Positions 1 to 8,819 of a stretch of 22,649 nt of DNA are shown here, piece by piece; position 1 is the stretch's first letter; each line of letters starts with the position of its first letter. The notes below the pieces were generated by a model that was given only the letters and a program-made list of their open reading frames with translations, was not told the DNA's origin and did not search any database. Source of the DNA: a bacterium. GTDB taxonomy: Bacteria > SZUA-182 > DTGQ01 > JAFGSM01. A program made the translations under genes and the position numbers. The stretch is from positions 1 to 22,649 of the forward strand of contig JBLIRP010000066.1 in the NCBI GenBank assembly GCA_049472355.1, read 5' to 3'.

Positions 1-302
1 TGATGGGCGGCATGTACGGAAGTGGCCTGGGTAGCTATGGCATGTACGGCGGCATGATGGGCGGCATGATGGGCCTTGGCGGCCTTAGTGGTCTTGGCGG
101 CTACGGCATGATGGGCCTTGGCGGCCTTGGTATGATGGGCGGCATGATGGGGCTTGGTGGCCTTGGCATGGGCCTTGGTGGACTTATGTCCCCTATGATG
201 ATGGGCGGACTAGGAAGCTTAGGCCTTAGCGGTCTCGGTGGCCTTGGCTTAAGCGGTCTGGGAATGAGCGGTCTTGGCCTTTCTGGACTCGGCATAATAT
301 AA
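1..302 (+). CDS. Gly/Met/Leu/Ser-rich low-complexity protein, C-terminal part (probably 5'-truncated by the window edge)
   Basis: Open frame from the window edge to TAA at 300-302. Codon-phased repeats (ggcggcatgatg, ggccttggc) encode GGMMG/GLGG/GLSG. A strong terminator follows directly. Confidence 0.75.
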   Translation, partial: MGGMYGSGLGSYGMYGGMMGGMMGLGGLSGLGGYGMMGLGGLGMMGGMMGLGGLGMGLGGLMSPMMMGGLGSLGLSGLGGLGLSGLGMSGLGLSGLGII

Positions 303-328
303 TAAACCTTGTGATATCATAAATACAC

Positions 329-361
329 GAGCCCGCATATCTTATGCGGGCTCTTTTTTTT
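329..361 (+). terminator. Rho-independent terminator
   Basis: Perfect 11-bp stem GAGCCCGCATA-tct-TATGCGGGCTC followed by 8 T, 26 nt after the stop codon. Confidence 0.9.
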
Positions 362-418
362 ACCTTGATCCGATCGACACGGTTCCTGGCTGCAACCTGT
401 TTTCCAAGATAGGACCTA

Positions 419-460
419 CCTCTTGACCCTGCATGGTGCCAAGTATCATGAAGCTCTATT
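419..460 (+). repeat. Degenerate copy of the short dispersed repeat at 11131-11172
   Basis: 30/42 ungapped identity to 11131-11172 by hand alignment. TATTTTCAGAGACAA at 479-493 resembles the flank TATTTTCGAGACAA at 11169-11182. Confidence 0.5.
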
Positions 461-516
461 GTTCAATAAGATATGTGATATTTTCAGAGACAAGGCCGTG
501 ATGAAAAACCGGCCCG

Positions 517-3500
517 TCACTTCAGGAAGTACAGGTAGGGATTCAATACCCTGTTTTTGTCCGCCTGGGTGCCGTCATAGGTGATGGATACGATGGGGAT
601 CCCGATCTCCTTTTCCACCTTCTTGTAAATCGCCTCGCTGATCAATCCCGGACAGCAGAAAATCGGATTGACATTGATGATGAGTTTCAGGTCGGGATAA
701 TTGTCTTTGAGATAATACACCTTCAGAAGATTCTCGGATGTCTCGCCCCCGTGACGTATGGAGAAAAAGTGTTTTTGCAGGTACTCGAGAGGGTCACGGC
801 CGGGTCCGGAGGGCCGATCGTGGAGAACCGGCTGCGCAATGGCATTGAGCTTCCGCGAAAATACGGAGAGCGTCGTGAAGGCGACCTTATCCCTGAGCAG
901 GTGAATATACCGGCCGTCCTCCCACTGGGTCTGAAAATGTTTTTCCGCAAGCAGGCCCAGCGTGTCAAGAAAGGGCACGGTAATAACCTCGGTGCCGGCC
1001 CTTTCGCAATGCCTGATCAGTTCCTGATTGAAGGTATCGTTGTCCCTCACGAACAGATCACCCACGATGCCCACCTGGGGCAGGGGACCGCTCTTGGTGG
1101 CAATGGTTAAGAAATCCTGGACCACCTGCTTGAATGCCTCCTCCTTTGATGCGCCCGAGGCAAAACATTGAAACAGCCTGTCCGAGGCTGCACGAAAGCA
1201 CCGGTCGGTTGCACCGGTTTCCTTTGCCCGCGGCCGGATTCTATGGAGGATCTTTTGCGCCAGACCTGCCAACACATAGGCCATGAAGATCTCATAGACG
1301 AGATCAAGGGGCAAGTCCGTGGGGAGAAACCTGGTCACCAGGATATCCACCTTTCCCAGACCGTTGCCCATCTTTTCAAGGCATTGTTTGATCATGACCG
1401 GATACTGGGGGAGGTTGCATGCAAGCTCAGCCTCGCTGTTACAGAAAAGGGCGACCTGTTGCGGATCCATTCCGTGGCTGTGTATGGTGTGCTGTATCCC
1501 CTGGGTCACAATGCTCACCGGCAGGCACTGCCCATCGTTGATCCGGAGGCTTTGGGAGATGGTATCGGGTGTCTGCTCAATGACCATGGCCCTGATGCCG
1601 GCTTGCATAAAGGCGCCCTGAATCAGGCGGGCACTCAACAGGTCGTGCCCGGGGAGCAGATAGGTTTTTTCTTCAAACGCGCCTTTCAAGCTGATGGTGG
1701 GCCGGTGCTGCCGTTTCTGAGCACCCCGGAAATGGCGAAATGTCTCCACAGCCGCCTCAAGACGCGTATCATACCCTTCAGCCGCCTCATGCTCATCCAT
1801 CTGCAGGATCAGGTAGGGTTTTCGGTAGTAATCCATAATGGCCTTGAAATACTCCATGATGAAGGAATCGGGCGCGCATTTGAATGCGGTGACATAGAGA
1901 GGGAAGAGCCCGCCGGTCTGCGCAACCGTCTCCGCAGTCTTGATGATGCGGTTGCCATAATGCCAGTGGTTCAGGCGGATGAAGTCCCTGGCCGCATAGA
2001 GCGTTTCATCCACCAAGGGGATCATATCCATGTAAAAGCACTGGATACCCATTCCAGCAAGCTTGTCGGGGATACCCTTGTTGAGCGCTGGATTGAGAAC
2101 CAGGTAGGGACGTCCCAGGAGGACCACGCCGATATCGTTGGATGCGCCCACCTGGTCGCGGAAGAGATGCTGCAAATCCTCCCTTCGTTCCCGGAACCAG
2201 TCCCAGGCAAGAAGGAATGCCTCCTCGACCCTGGGAAAGGCGGTCTTTTTTTTCACCCCATCCGGCAGATGGAGGTAGATCGCCCGGATGGTCTCATCGA
2301 TGTTTTTATTCAGGTCAAGGACCGGGGCGATCATTGTACGGCTCAGGTCGAGCCCGGGTATGTTCTGCATCAGGGGCACTGCATAGTGGGAATAATAGCA
2401 ATACGCCCTTTTTTCATTCTCCTCGGTGTTTTCAAAAAGTTGCGGATAAAAGATATAATCCGCCTTCGATGCAAGGTCTCTGACGTGGCCGTGAAAATCC
2501 GTGATGGGTGCGCAGAAATCGGCCCCTGTGATCTCTTTGCCTGCCATGATAGGGGATTCCTTTGCGGATGAAATGACCGTGGTGAATCCAAGACGCTTGA
2601 AGAACAGCTCCCACAGAGGAAGATATTCAATCATGCACAGGGTGGCGGGCAGCCCGATTCTCACAAGGGAAGTCTGTCTCGTATTTCGGTGCTGCGGCAT
2701 GATCCCCGACGAGAATATCTCCCTGCGCATCTCAAGTACATTGAACTGGATGCGATTCCGGATGCGGGCCAGGGACATCCCCGGCCGGCGCACCACGGAT
2801 CTGATTCCCCCCTGCGTGAATTCATAAAACGCATTCACATCAGCCGGCCTTTTTGAATCTTCGACATCCCTGGGGATATCGAACACCTTGCGGTGGTCCC
2901 GAAGCAGATCAAACCCGGAGTGCGCCTTTTTTCGATACGCAGGGTCCTTCTCATCCCTGCCGCACAGATACCCCCATCCCAGGGACTCGCCCTCAATCTT
3001 GATTGTCTTGATCTTGCAATGATTGTTGCAATAGGTGCAGACATATTCCGACGCTACGATTTTTTCGGTATGCAGGTCCTTCCTGAAGCGGGACGTCTCA
3101 GAAAATGCCGAATCCGCCATCTTGAGGCATACGCCGAGCGCACCGGTGAGGTGGCAGAATCTGGACACATAGATGGGCCTTTGTAATCTCTGTTCAAACG
3201 CCATGACCAGGGCATGATTCCTGGCTGTTGCGCCCTGGAAGGCGATATGCTCGCCTATCTTGTCGACATGCGCTACCTTTGACAGGTAATTGTCCCGGAC
3301 CGAATGGAGTGCTGCGGCCAGGAGCTCCTCGCGGCTGTAGCCGAGGCTGAGCAGATGATTCAGGTCCCGCTGCATGAACACGGTGCACCGGTCGCTGATG
3401 AGGGGCGCAGGATGGCCTTCGGCCAGGACGGCATACTCATCGAGCGGGACCCCGAGCCACCGGGCCTGCTCCTCGATGAAACTGCCGGTGCCTGCAGCAC

Positions 3501-4869
3501 ACACATAGTTCATCACGGAAAAGGTGACTGCGCCGTTGCGCATGACGGTGAATTTTGCGTCCTGTCCGCCGATTTCGATGATGGTGTCGATTTCGGGATT
3601 CAGGTGATATGCCGCACGTGCATGGGCGGTGATCTCGTCAACGCAGTAGTCGGCCCTTGCCACCTTCTGAATGAATTTGCGGCCGGATCCCGTGGTGCCG
3701 GTCCCAAGCAGTACGAAGCGAACACCCTGGTGTTTTTCCAGCTCTTCCATGGTCCGGGTGATCCGCTGGAGCGCCGCAATCGGCTGTCCACAGGTCCGGG
3801 TATACAGCCCGGCCTTCACGACCCGCTCGCGGGTCATGAGGGTGGCCTTGGTGCTTGTCGAACCGACATCGATCCCCAGGTAACACTCAAGGGGCGCATC
3901 CCTGGGAAGGGCTTCATAGATTGCCACCTCCACGTCATGCTGCACATACGACTGCCAGGCGGAGGAGTCCGGGACTTGGCCCTTTGATCCGGACAGGGGA
4001 GGATAGAAGTAGGATTTCGACAGGGTCGCCTTGCAAAGCAGGCCCTTGACCGCGACGGGGGTCCGTTGTTTTGAGGTAGTTCCTTGCCTGGAGGCTGTCA
4101 GCGCTGCACCGATGGCACCCATGTATTCGCTGTCAGGGGGGGTGAGCAGAGGGACGTGCATCTCCTCTTCCAGGTATTGGATGAGCTTTGTATTCCTGCT
4201 GACCCCGCCGACCACCACAACCGGCGCACACAGCTCCACACCGTGAAAAAGGGTATTGCAGATATTCTGGGCAACCCCGTGACACAGGCCCGCAGCGATT
4301 GCCTGCAGGCCGTATCCCTGCTGCTGCATGTGCACCAGGTCGGTCTTTGCAAACACCGCGCAGCGCGTGGCGATCTTTGGGGGCACGCCCTGATAGTCCT
4401 GGGCACGTTCGCTCAGCTCCGCGCTTCCGGCAAGCCCAAGCCGCGCTGCCTGCTGATCCAGAAAGGAGCCGGTCCCTGCGGCACAGGCGGGGTTGGCGAT
4501 GTATTTCCTGTACCTGCCGTCCTGGTCAAAAAGGATGAGGCCGAAGGTTTCAGCGCCAATGGTGATGATCGAGCCCGGGTTCGGAACGTGGTGCTTCACG
4601 CCCTCGATGATGGCAACCTGCTCATTGACCTCAATGCCGGTGGTGAGGAATTCGCGGCCTTTTTCGGCCACCACGCCAATGGTGTGCAGGTCTTGGACAG
4701 GGAAGTCCTGGAAGATTGTCTGGAGTGCCGGCTGAACGTTTCCTTTGTGGAATCGATACTCCCTGAAGAGGATCGTACCATGGTCATCCAGCACCACAAC
4801 GGCAATGGTTGTGGTGCCGATATCGATACCCGTTATGAGGTGTTCAGGTTCGGATGGATCGCCGGTCAC
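517..4869 (-). CDS. Fused double CoA-substrate-specific enzyme activase (BadF/BadG/BcrA/BcrD ATPase x2) plus DUF2229/dehydratase-reductase domains; PlsA/Ger-like plasmalogen or ether-lipid synthase architecture
   Basis: 1450 aa. Two ASKHA modules (GIDIGTTT...CAAGTGSFLDQQA...RCAVF and GIDVGSTSTK...EIGGQDAK...CAAGTGSFIEEQA...RCTVF). CTYCNNHC linker, then IGLP...LPLWELFFKRLGF, FCAP, FKCAPDSF, DEH...GYDTRLEA, CLP, FCCP and TYDG motifs. The GTG start overlaps the upstream stop. Confidence 0.88.
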   Translation of the reverse strand: MTGDPSEPEHLITGIDIGTTTIAVVVLDDHGTILFREYRFHKGNVQPALQTIFQDFPVQDLHTIGVVAEKGREFLTTGIEVNEQVAIIEGVKHHVPNPGSIITIGAETFGLILFDQDGRYRKYIANPACAAGTGSFLDQQAARLGLAGSAELSERAQDYQGVPPKIATRCAVFAKTDLVHMQQQGYGLQAIAAGLCHGVAQNICNTLFHGVELCAPVVVVGGVSRNTKLIQYLEEEMHVPLLTPPDSEYMGAIGAALTASRQGTTSKQRTPVAVKGLLCKATLSKSYFYPPLSGSKGQVPDSSAWQSYVQHDVEVAIYEALPRDAPLECYLGIDVGSTSTKATLMTRERVVKAGLYTRTCGQPIAALQRITRTMEELEKHQGVRFVLLGTGTTGSGRKFIQKVARADYCVDEITAHARAAYHLNPEIDTIIEIGGQDAKFTVMRNGAVTFSVMNYVCAAGTGSFIEEQARWLGVPLDEYAVLAEGHPAPLISDRCTVFMQRDLNHLLSLGYSREELLAAALHSVRDNYLSKVAHVDKIGEHIAFQGATARNHALVMAFEQRLQRPIYVSRFCHLTGALGVCLKMADSAFSETSRFRKDLHTEKIVASEYVCTYCNNHCKIKTIKIEGESLGWGYLCGRDEKDPAYRKKAHSGFDLLRDHRKVFDIPRDVEDSKRPADVNAFYEFTQGGIRSVVRRPGMSLARIRNRIQFNVLEMRREIFSSGIMPQHRNTRQTSLVRIGLPATLCMIEYLPLWELFFKRLGFTTVISSAKESPIMAGKEITGADFCAPITDFHGHVRDLASKADYIFYPQLFENTEENEKRAYCYYSHYAVPLMQNIPGLDLSRTMIAPVLDLNKNIDETIRAIYLHLPDGVKKKTAFPRVEEAFLLAWDWFRERREDLQHLFRDQVGASNDIGVVLLGRPYLVLNPALNKGIPDKLAGMGIQCFYMDMIPLVDETLYAARDFIRLNHWHYGNRIIKTAETVAQTGGLFPLYVTAFKCAPDSFIMEYFKAIMDYYRKPYLILQMDEHEAAEGYDTRLEAAVETFRHFRGAQKRQHRPTISLKGAFEEKTYLLPGHDLLSARLIQGAFMQAGIRAMVIEQTPDTISQSLRINDGQCLPVSIVTQGIQHTIHSHGMDPQQVALFCNSEAELACNLPQYPVMIKQCLEKMGNGLGKVDILVTRFLPTDLPLDLVYEIFMAYVLAGLAQKILHRIRPRAKETGATDRCFRAASDRLFQCFASGASKEEAFKQVVQDFLTIATKSGPLPQVGIVGDLFVRDNDTFNQELIRHCERAGTEVITVPFLDTLGLLAEKHFQTQWEDGRYIHLLRDKVAFTTLSVFSRKLNAIAQPVLHDRPSGPGRDPLEYLQKHFFSIRHGGETSENLLKVYYLKDNYPDLKLIINVNPIFCCPGLISEAIYKKVEKEIGIPIVSITYDGTQADKNRVLNPYLYFLK

Positions 4870-6818
4870 GCCAGGCTCGCAGTCAGGCCCTCGATATCAG
4901 TGAATACCTCAAAATAGCTCCGTGCATACGCGACCACATCCGCCATATCTGCGCGCAGCGAATCGATGCTGATGATCTTGATTCTCTCCTTTTTGCTTCT
5001 CAGTCTCTTCAGGAACAGGAAAAGGGTATCCCGTTCTGCGCAGGTAACCCCGCTGAAATTGATGGCAAGGTGTCCCATGTTCTCTTTGAGATAGTTCTTA
5101 ATCCTTTTTTTCAGATCCGTTGCCGACACCTTGTCAAAAACACCATGGAGATCAACCACAATCAGGGGATGATGGACAGCATCCCACATCCGTGGTCTTA
5201 TGGTGAGCGTGCCGTTGCCTGTAAGTGGTGCGGGGTGCAGCAGACTCCCCGGCATCCGGTATTCGGTTCGGCCCATCCGCACCTGCGGATACGCACAGTG
5301 CTTGAGCTTGAATTGTTCAGCGAGGGCAAGCGCAGGCACCAGGCCTGACAGTATCCTGTTTTTCAGACCCCCGGCGCCTGTCTCATGCACGATGGATCGC
5401 CGGATCTCCCTGATTCGCCGGGCGACCTCTTTCGTGGGCGCCCGCCTTGCGGCAATGGGAAAGAGCGGCAGGGCATCGAGGCATCCCTGCCTGTACTGTC
5501 CTGCCCGGGCACTGAGAAGGGGGTCTGCCGCATCCCTGAACCGCAGGTATCCCCTGAACTGCTTTTCGATAAAGCGTATGACCGATGGGCCCAGCCTGCG
5601 GTATTCCTCATCGTACACATCCAGGATCAGTTGTTCCATTTTTTCCTTGTCGATGCGGGGATGGGCAAAGGCAAGGTGAAACCCGTCCCAGTGTTTGTGG
5701 GGCATATCAAGAAGCCTGCCTTCCCGCCTGAGCCGGTCGAAGAGGGGCGTGCTGCAGGCAGGGGTCAGGATGAGGAACTGGCTCAGGCTCGGATTCAGTG
5801 ATACGAGATAGTCAAGGTCTTCCCACACCTTTTCAACCGTATGGAAATCATGCCCGATGATGAGGGATGCGAGGGTGTTGATGCCGTGTGAGTGAAGGGT
5901 CTCAAAGATCGCCTCAATATCGAGCCCTTTGAGTTTGGCATAGTTTGCCTGCCTGGATTCAACCCCGATCCAGATCGTCTCGATCCCCATCCTGACCAGG
6001 TCCTCCGGGTCCCAAAGAGTGACCGAGTAAGCACTCGCAAAACAGGAGATGCGTATCGGATTTTTCTCGTCCTTCTTCACGCATTCGAGATATTCGGCTG
6101 CGCGCTCCTTCTGGAGCAGGAAATCCTCTTCGATAATGCCGATAGGCAGGTTCGGATTGCCCAGGACCTTATGCACCCTTCGGATTTCCCGGTGCAGGTC
6201 CGTCCCTGTCTTTAAAAGGGGGATATGGCGTTTCTTGTGAAAGTGGGAAGTGGCGCAGAACTCGCACCCATGGGGACAGCCCAGCCCGGCCAGGACCACG
6301 GCGCCTTTCATGGCCGGGAACCCGAGGACCTTGCCCCTGGTCGGGCACACCACATGCCTTTTGGGCTCATTGTTGTGGACCTCTCCCAGAAGCCGACGCA
6401 TAAAGTCCACCCCTTCCTCCCTGCATACATAATCGCCATACTGATCACACTCAGGGAGCATGGTGCCATATCCACCCAGTATGATCCTGGCGCCCGGTGA
6501 CACCTCCCGTATCATCCTGCTCATCTTTTTCATCTTATCGAACGTGGCGATAACAAAACTGATGCCCACATAGTCATACCCTTTTTTCAGCTCATTTTTG
6601 AACCGACTCATGGTCGGATACTGCAGCACGGTTGCAGGGGTCGTTATGTTTTCCGCAATATACTCAAGCCCATACGCGATATAGGTCGATCGGATGCTGA
6701 AGATCCCCTGCGCCCGTGTGACCTGGGCATGAAAAAGTTCAGGCATCACATGCCGAGTGCAGTCATCGGTGTCGGCGCCAAAGGGCCCGCAAACTGTTGT
6801 TAAAAGAACCTTTTTCAT
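4866..6818 (-). CDS. Cobalamin-binding (class B-like) radical SAM protein with C-terminal STAS-like domain
   Basis: CxxxCxxC motif (CPHGCEFC). N-terminal B12-binding pattern YDYVGIS...IILGGYG, then GVES, IIGHD, and TP..STPLFDRL..EGRL. C-terminal LIVVDLHGVFD...LAINFSGV. Start set at ATG 6818 (MKKVLL), which has AAGGAAAAGG upstream; the ORF track extends to 6854. Confidence 0.88.
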   Translation of the reverse strand: MKKVLLTTVCGPFGADTDDCTRHVMPELFHAQVTRAQGIFSIRSTYIAYGLEYIAENITTPATVLQYPTMSRFKNELKKGYDYVGISFVIATFDKMKKMSRMIREVSPGARIILGGYGTMLPECDQYGDYVCREEGVDFMRRLLGEVHNNEPKRHVVCPTRGKVLGFPAMKGAVVLAGLGCPHGCEFCATSHFHKKRHIPLLKTGTDLHREIRRVHKVLGNPNLPIGIIEEDFLLQKERAAEYLECVKKDEKNPIRISCFASAYSVTLWDPEDLVRMGIETIWIGVESRQANYAKLKGLDIEAIFETLHSHGINTLASLIIGHDFHTVEKVWEDLDYLVSLNPSLSQFLILTPACSTPLFDRLRREGRLLDMPHKHWDGFHLAFAHPRIDKEKMEQLILDVYDEEYRRLGPSVIRFIEKQFRGYLRFRDAADPLLSARAGQYRQGCLDALPLFPIAARRAPTKEVARRIREIRRSIVHETGAGGLKNRILSGLVPALALAEQFKLKHCAYPQVRMGRTEYRMPGSLLHPAPLTGNGTLTIRPRMWDAVHHPLIVVDLHGVFDKVSATDLKKRIKNYLKENMGHLAINFSGVTCAERDTLFLFLKRLRSKKERIKIISIDSLRADMADVVAYARSYFEVFTDIEGLTASLA

Positions 6819-7493
6819 TAACCTTTTCCTTTTTGCTGAGGCATTGGAGTGCATGCCGTAACAATTGCCCCAAATGCGTCTGATAGGAGATGATGTGCAA
6901 AAAATCGGGCCTGGGACCGATTTATATATACAGGGCTTAAACGAATAAGCATATCAATTCCTCTGACTAATTGCCACAACGAATTGCCGGTATGAATTGC
7001 TGGTAAGGAATTAGTTGCTCCACCCGTTTTATTCCGCCATTTCAGACAATGACGGCATTGACTGTTGAAAACGTATCAAAGGATTACAGGTTGCTCCTTG
7101 CCAAAGACAGTCTGAAATCCCCGATGGATATCTGTGCTGAATTGTTGTCGTGTGGGTGCTTTTGTTTTGAAAGAGCATTTATTGTACCAACTCATGTATT
7201 TAGTAAATTCATTGATACATGGGGCATTGACGCTGCCGGAGGGGAGCATGGAAGGATGAAATGTCTCAATATGGCACGATCCGGTCGTCGGCAAAATACC
7301 ATAATGGGACTGTATTGAAACATGATGTTCAATCGCCATGTTCGTGGAGGGATTGATGATGGGAATCCATTCCTAATCAATTTGTCAAGAATTATTCATA
7401 TGCTCAGGTGAATACACACCCTGCGAAACGATTTCCTGTCGCGTGGCATATATTGATAATGTATTGAAAATTAGGCATATATAATATTTTTAA

Positions 7494-7522
7494 TTGACAT
7501 TATTTGCAGGGATATATATCAT
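7494..7522 (+). promoter_or_regulatory. Putative sigma70 promoter
   Basis: TTGACA (7494-7499), 17-nt spacer, TATCAT (7517-7522), with AT-rich sequence upstream. Confidence 0.55.
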
Positions 7523-7912
7523 TTATACAGGACAGACTATTGCATGGTGTGTATTGACGTTTTTTCATCTTTTTTTCTTCATCCACTATGTTCCAGTCCG
7601 GAACGGACTTGCAAGGCCGCTTTTAAGTTCACGTTACGGTCACCTGCTTATACAATGCATTAAGATGAGAAGGGCCATACCCTTTCATTATATCACCGGT
7701 GTCATTTCAGTATTCGGTTTATGGCGGTGAAATATTTTATATCCATGGTGTTTAATTGGTCACAGCCGCACCGACCGTCTTTGTCGGACCATAACGGCTG
7801 AAAAAGGGTTTAATTCATTGACGCGTTTAAACAGGAGGTGTTAAGAGAAGGGAATTGCATTAGTTTGCGCTGCACATTCATAGTGCCAAAAAATTCATAA
7901 GGAGATGGTGAA

Positions 7913-8476
7913 ATGTTTGGAAGAAAAAGGTTTCTTCAAGGGGTTGTCCTTTCGTTTGCAATCCTTGCCCTGATCGGATTGATGGTTGTCCCAAGCGTTC
8001 AGGCTCAGTACTGGACAGCCCTACCGCCTTACAACGTTCTATGGCCTCTGTGGTCATCGGTCCTATCACCTGTCAATAGCGTGACCGGTCTCCCCACCCC
8101 CCTGGTGAGTCAACTTACCCAAAACACCGTGCTTCCGGTGCAGCCGGTACTTGCCTGGGATCCTTCCCAAAGCCTGCCCTGGGCCCTGTACAATACTCCC
8201 CCGATTTTGGGCGGTGGTTTAACCTATTTTTCTCCATTCTATGGTCTGAATCCATGGCCGCCGTCATATTTGCTCGATTCAGGCACCGGATTGCCTGCGC
8301 CCCTCGGCCTTCCCGTGGGTTATGGCGCACTGCCGCCCACGGATGTTACCGCAGGGATCGATGTCATCACCTTGGGTAATATCCAATTCCTTTTGGAATA
8401 CCCCACGAACCTGTTCGGCATACCCCAGTCCAGTCTGTTGACCATCGCGGATATCTGGGGACTTCCGCTCATATGA
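7913..8476 (+). CDS. Secreted Pro/Leu/aromatic-rich hypothetical protein
   Basis: TAAGGAGATGGTGAA ribosome-binding site. Sec-type signal peptide (MFGRKR, hydrophobic core, VQA|Q). 187 aa, followed by a hairpin. Confidence 0.85.
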   Translation: MFGRKRFLQGVVLSFAILALIGLMVVPSVQAQYWTALPPYNVLWPLWSSVLSPVNSVTGLPTPLVSQLTQNTVLPVQPVLAWDPSQSLPWALYNTPPILGGGLTYFSPFYGLNPWPPSYLLDSGTGLPAPLGLPVGYGALPPTDVTAGIDVITLGNIQFLLEYPTNLFGIPQSSLLTIADIWGLPLI

Positions 8477-8527
8477 TACTCCATAAAGGGCATTGGCCTT
8501 TTGTGCAGTTCCAGGTGGTGTAATACG

Positions 8528-8567
8528 AGGCCGTTCGATGGCCGAATCTCGCTATCGAGCGGCCTTT
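8528..8567 (+). terminator. Probable terminator hairpin
   Basis: AGGCCGTTCGATGGC...GCTATCGAGCGGCCT, a 15-bp stem with G-U pairs; only a short T tract follows. Confidence 0.5.
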
Positions 8568-8697
8568 ACATTATCTGTACCCCCTGACTGCAAAAATCCG
8601 CGTACATCCCTGATCCCCTCCCTCGAAGACTCCGTATGATGGCATCACGGTCGGCGCTGTCCACAAGGCGAACGATGTCCGAGTCTTAACCGACATA

Positions 8698-8726
8698 TTG
8701 TAATTGAGCGACTAAATTTGTACCAT
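8698..8726 (+). promoter_or_regulatory. Putative sigma70 promoter of cysC
   Basis: TTGTAA, 17-nt spacer, TACCAT, about 95 nt upstream of the start codon. Confidence 0.35.
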
Positions 8727-8819
8727 AGTGGCCTATGATGTATCGACCCCTGCGGGTCTGGGGTGATACCGGGTGTTGGTAAAGGCAACGTTTACAACCA
8801 ATCGGAGGGGTAAGGATTC

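Noticed and set aside
1168..2571. 467-aa plus-strand ORF, and others at 3304-3987 and 4084-4917
   Set aside because: Antisense shadows of the activase gene in GC-rich DNA, with no motifs.
1..6818. RiPP cluster with the Gly-rich protein as precursor for the radical SAM enzyme
   Set aside because: The genes are convergent and separated by a terminator. No leader, RRE, SPASM domain, peptidase or transporter is visible.
6890..7615. Sigma54-like sites (GGCCCGATTTTTTGC on the minus strand near 6900; GGAACGGACTTGC near 7600)
   Set aside because: GG-to-GC spacing is 11 and 9 nt instead of the required 10.
7049..7730. Short ORFs 7049-7318, 7076-7339 and 7494-7730
   Set aside because: No RBS, motifs or coding-like composition; treated as intergenic.
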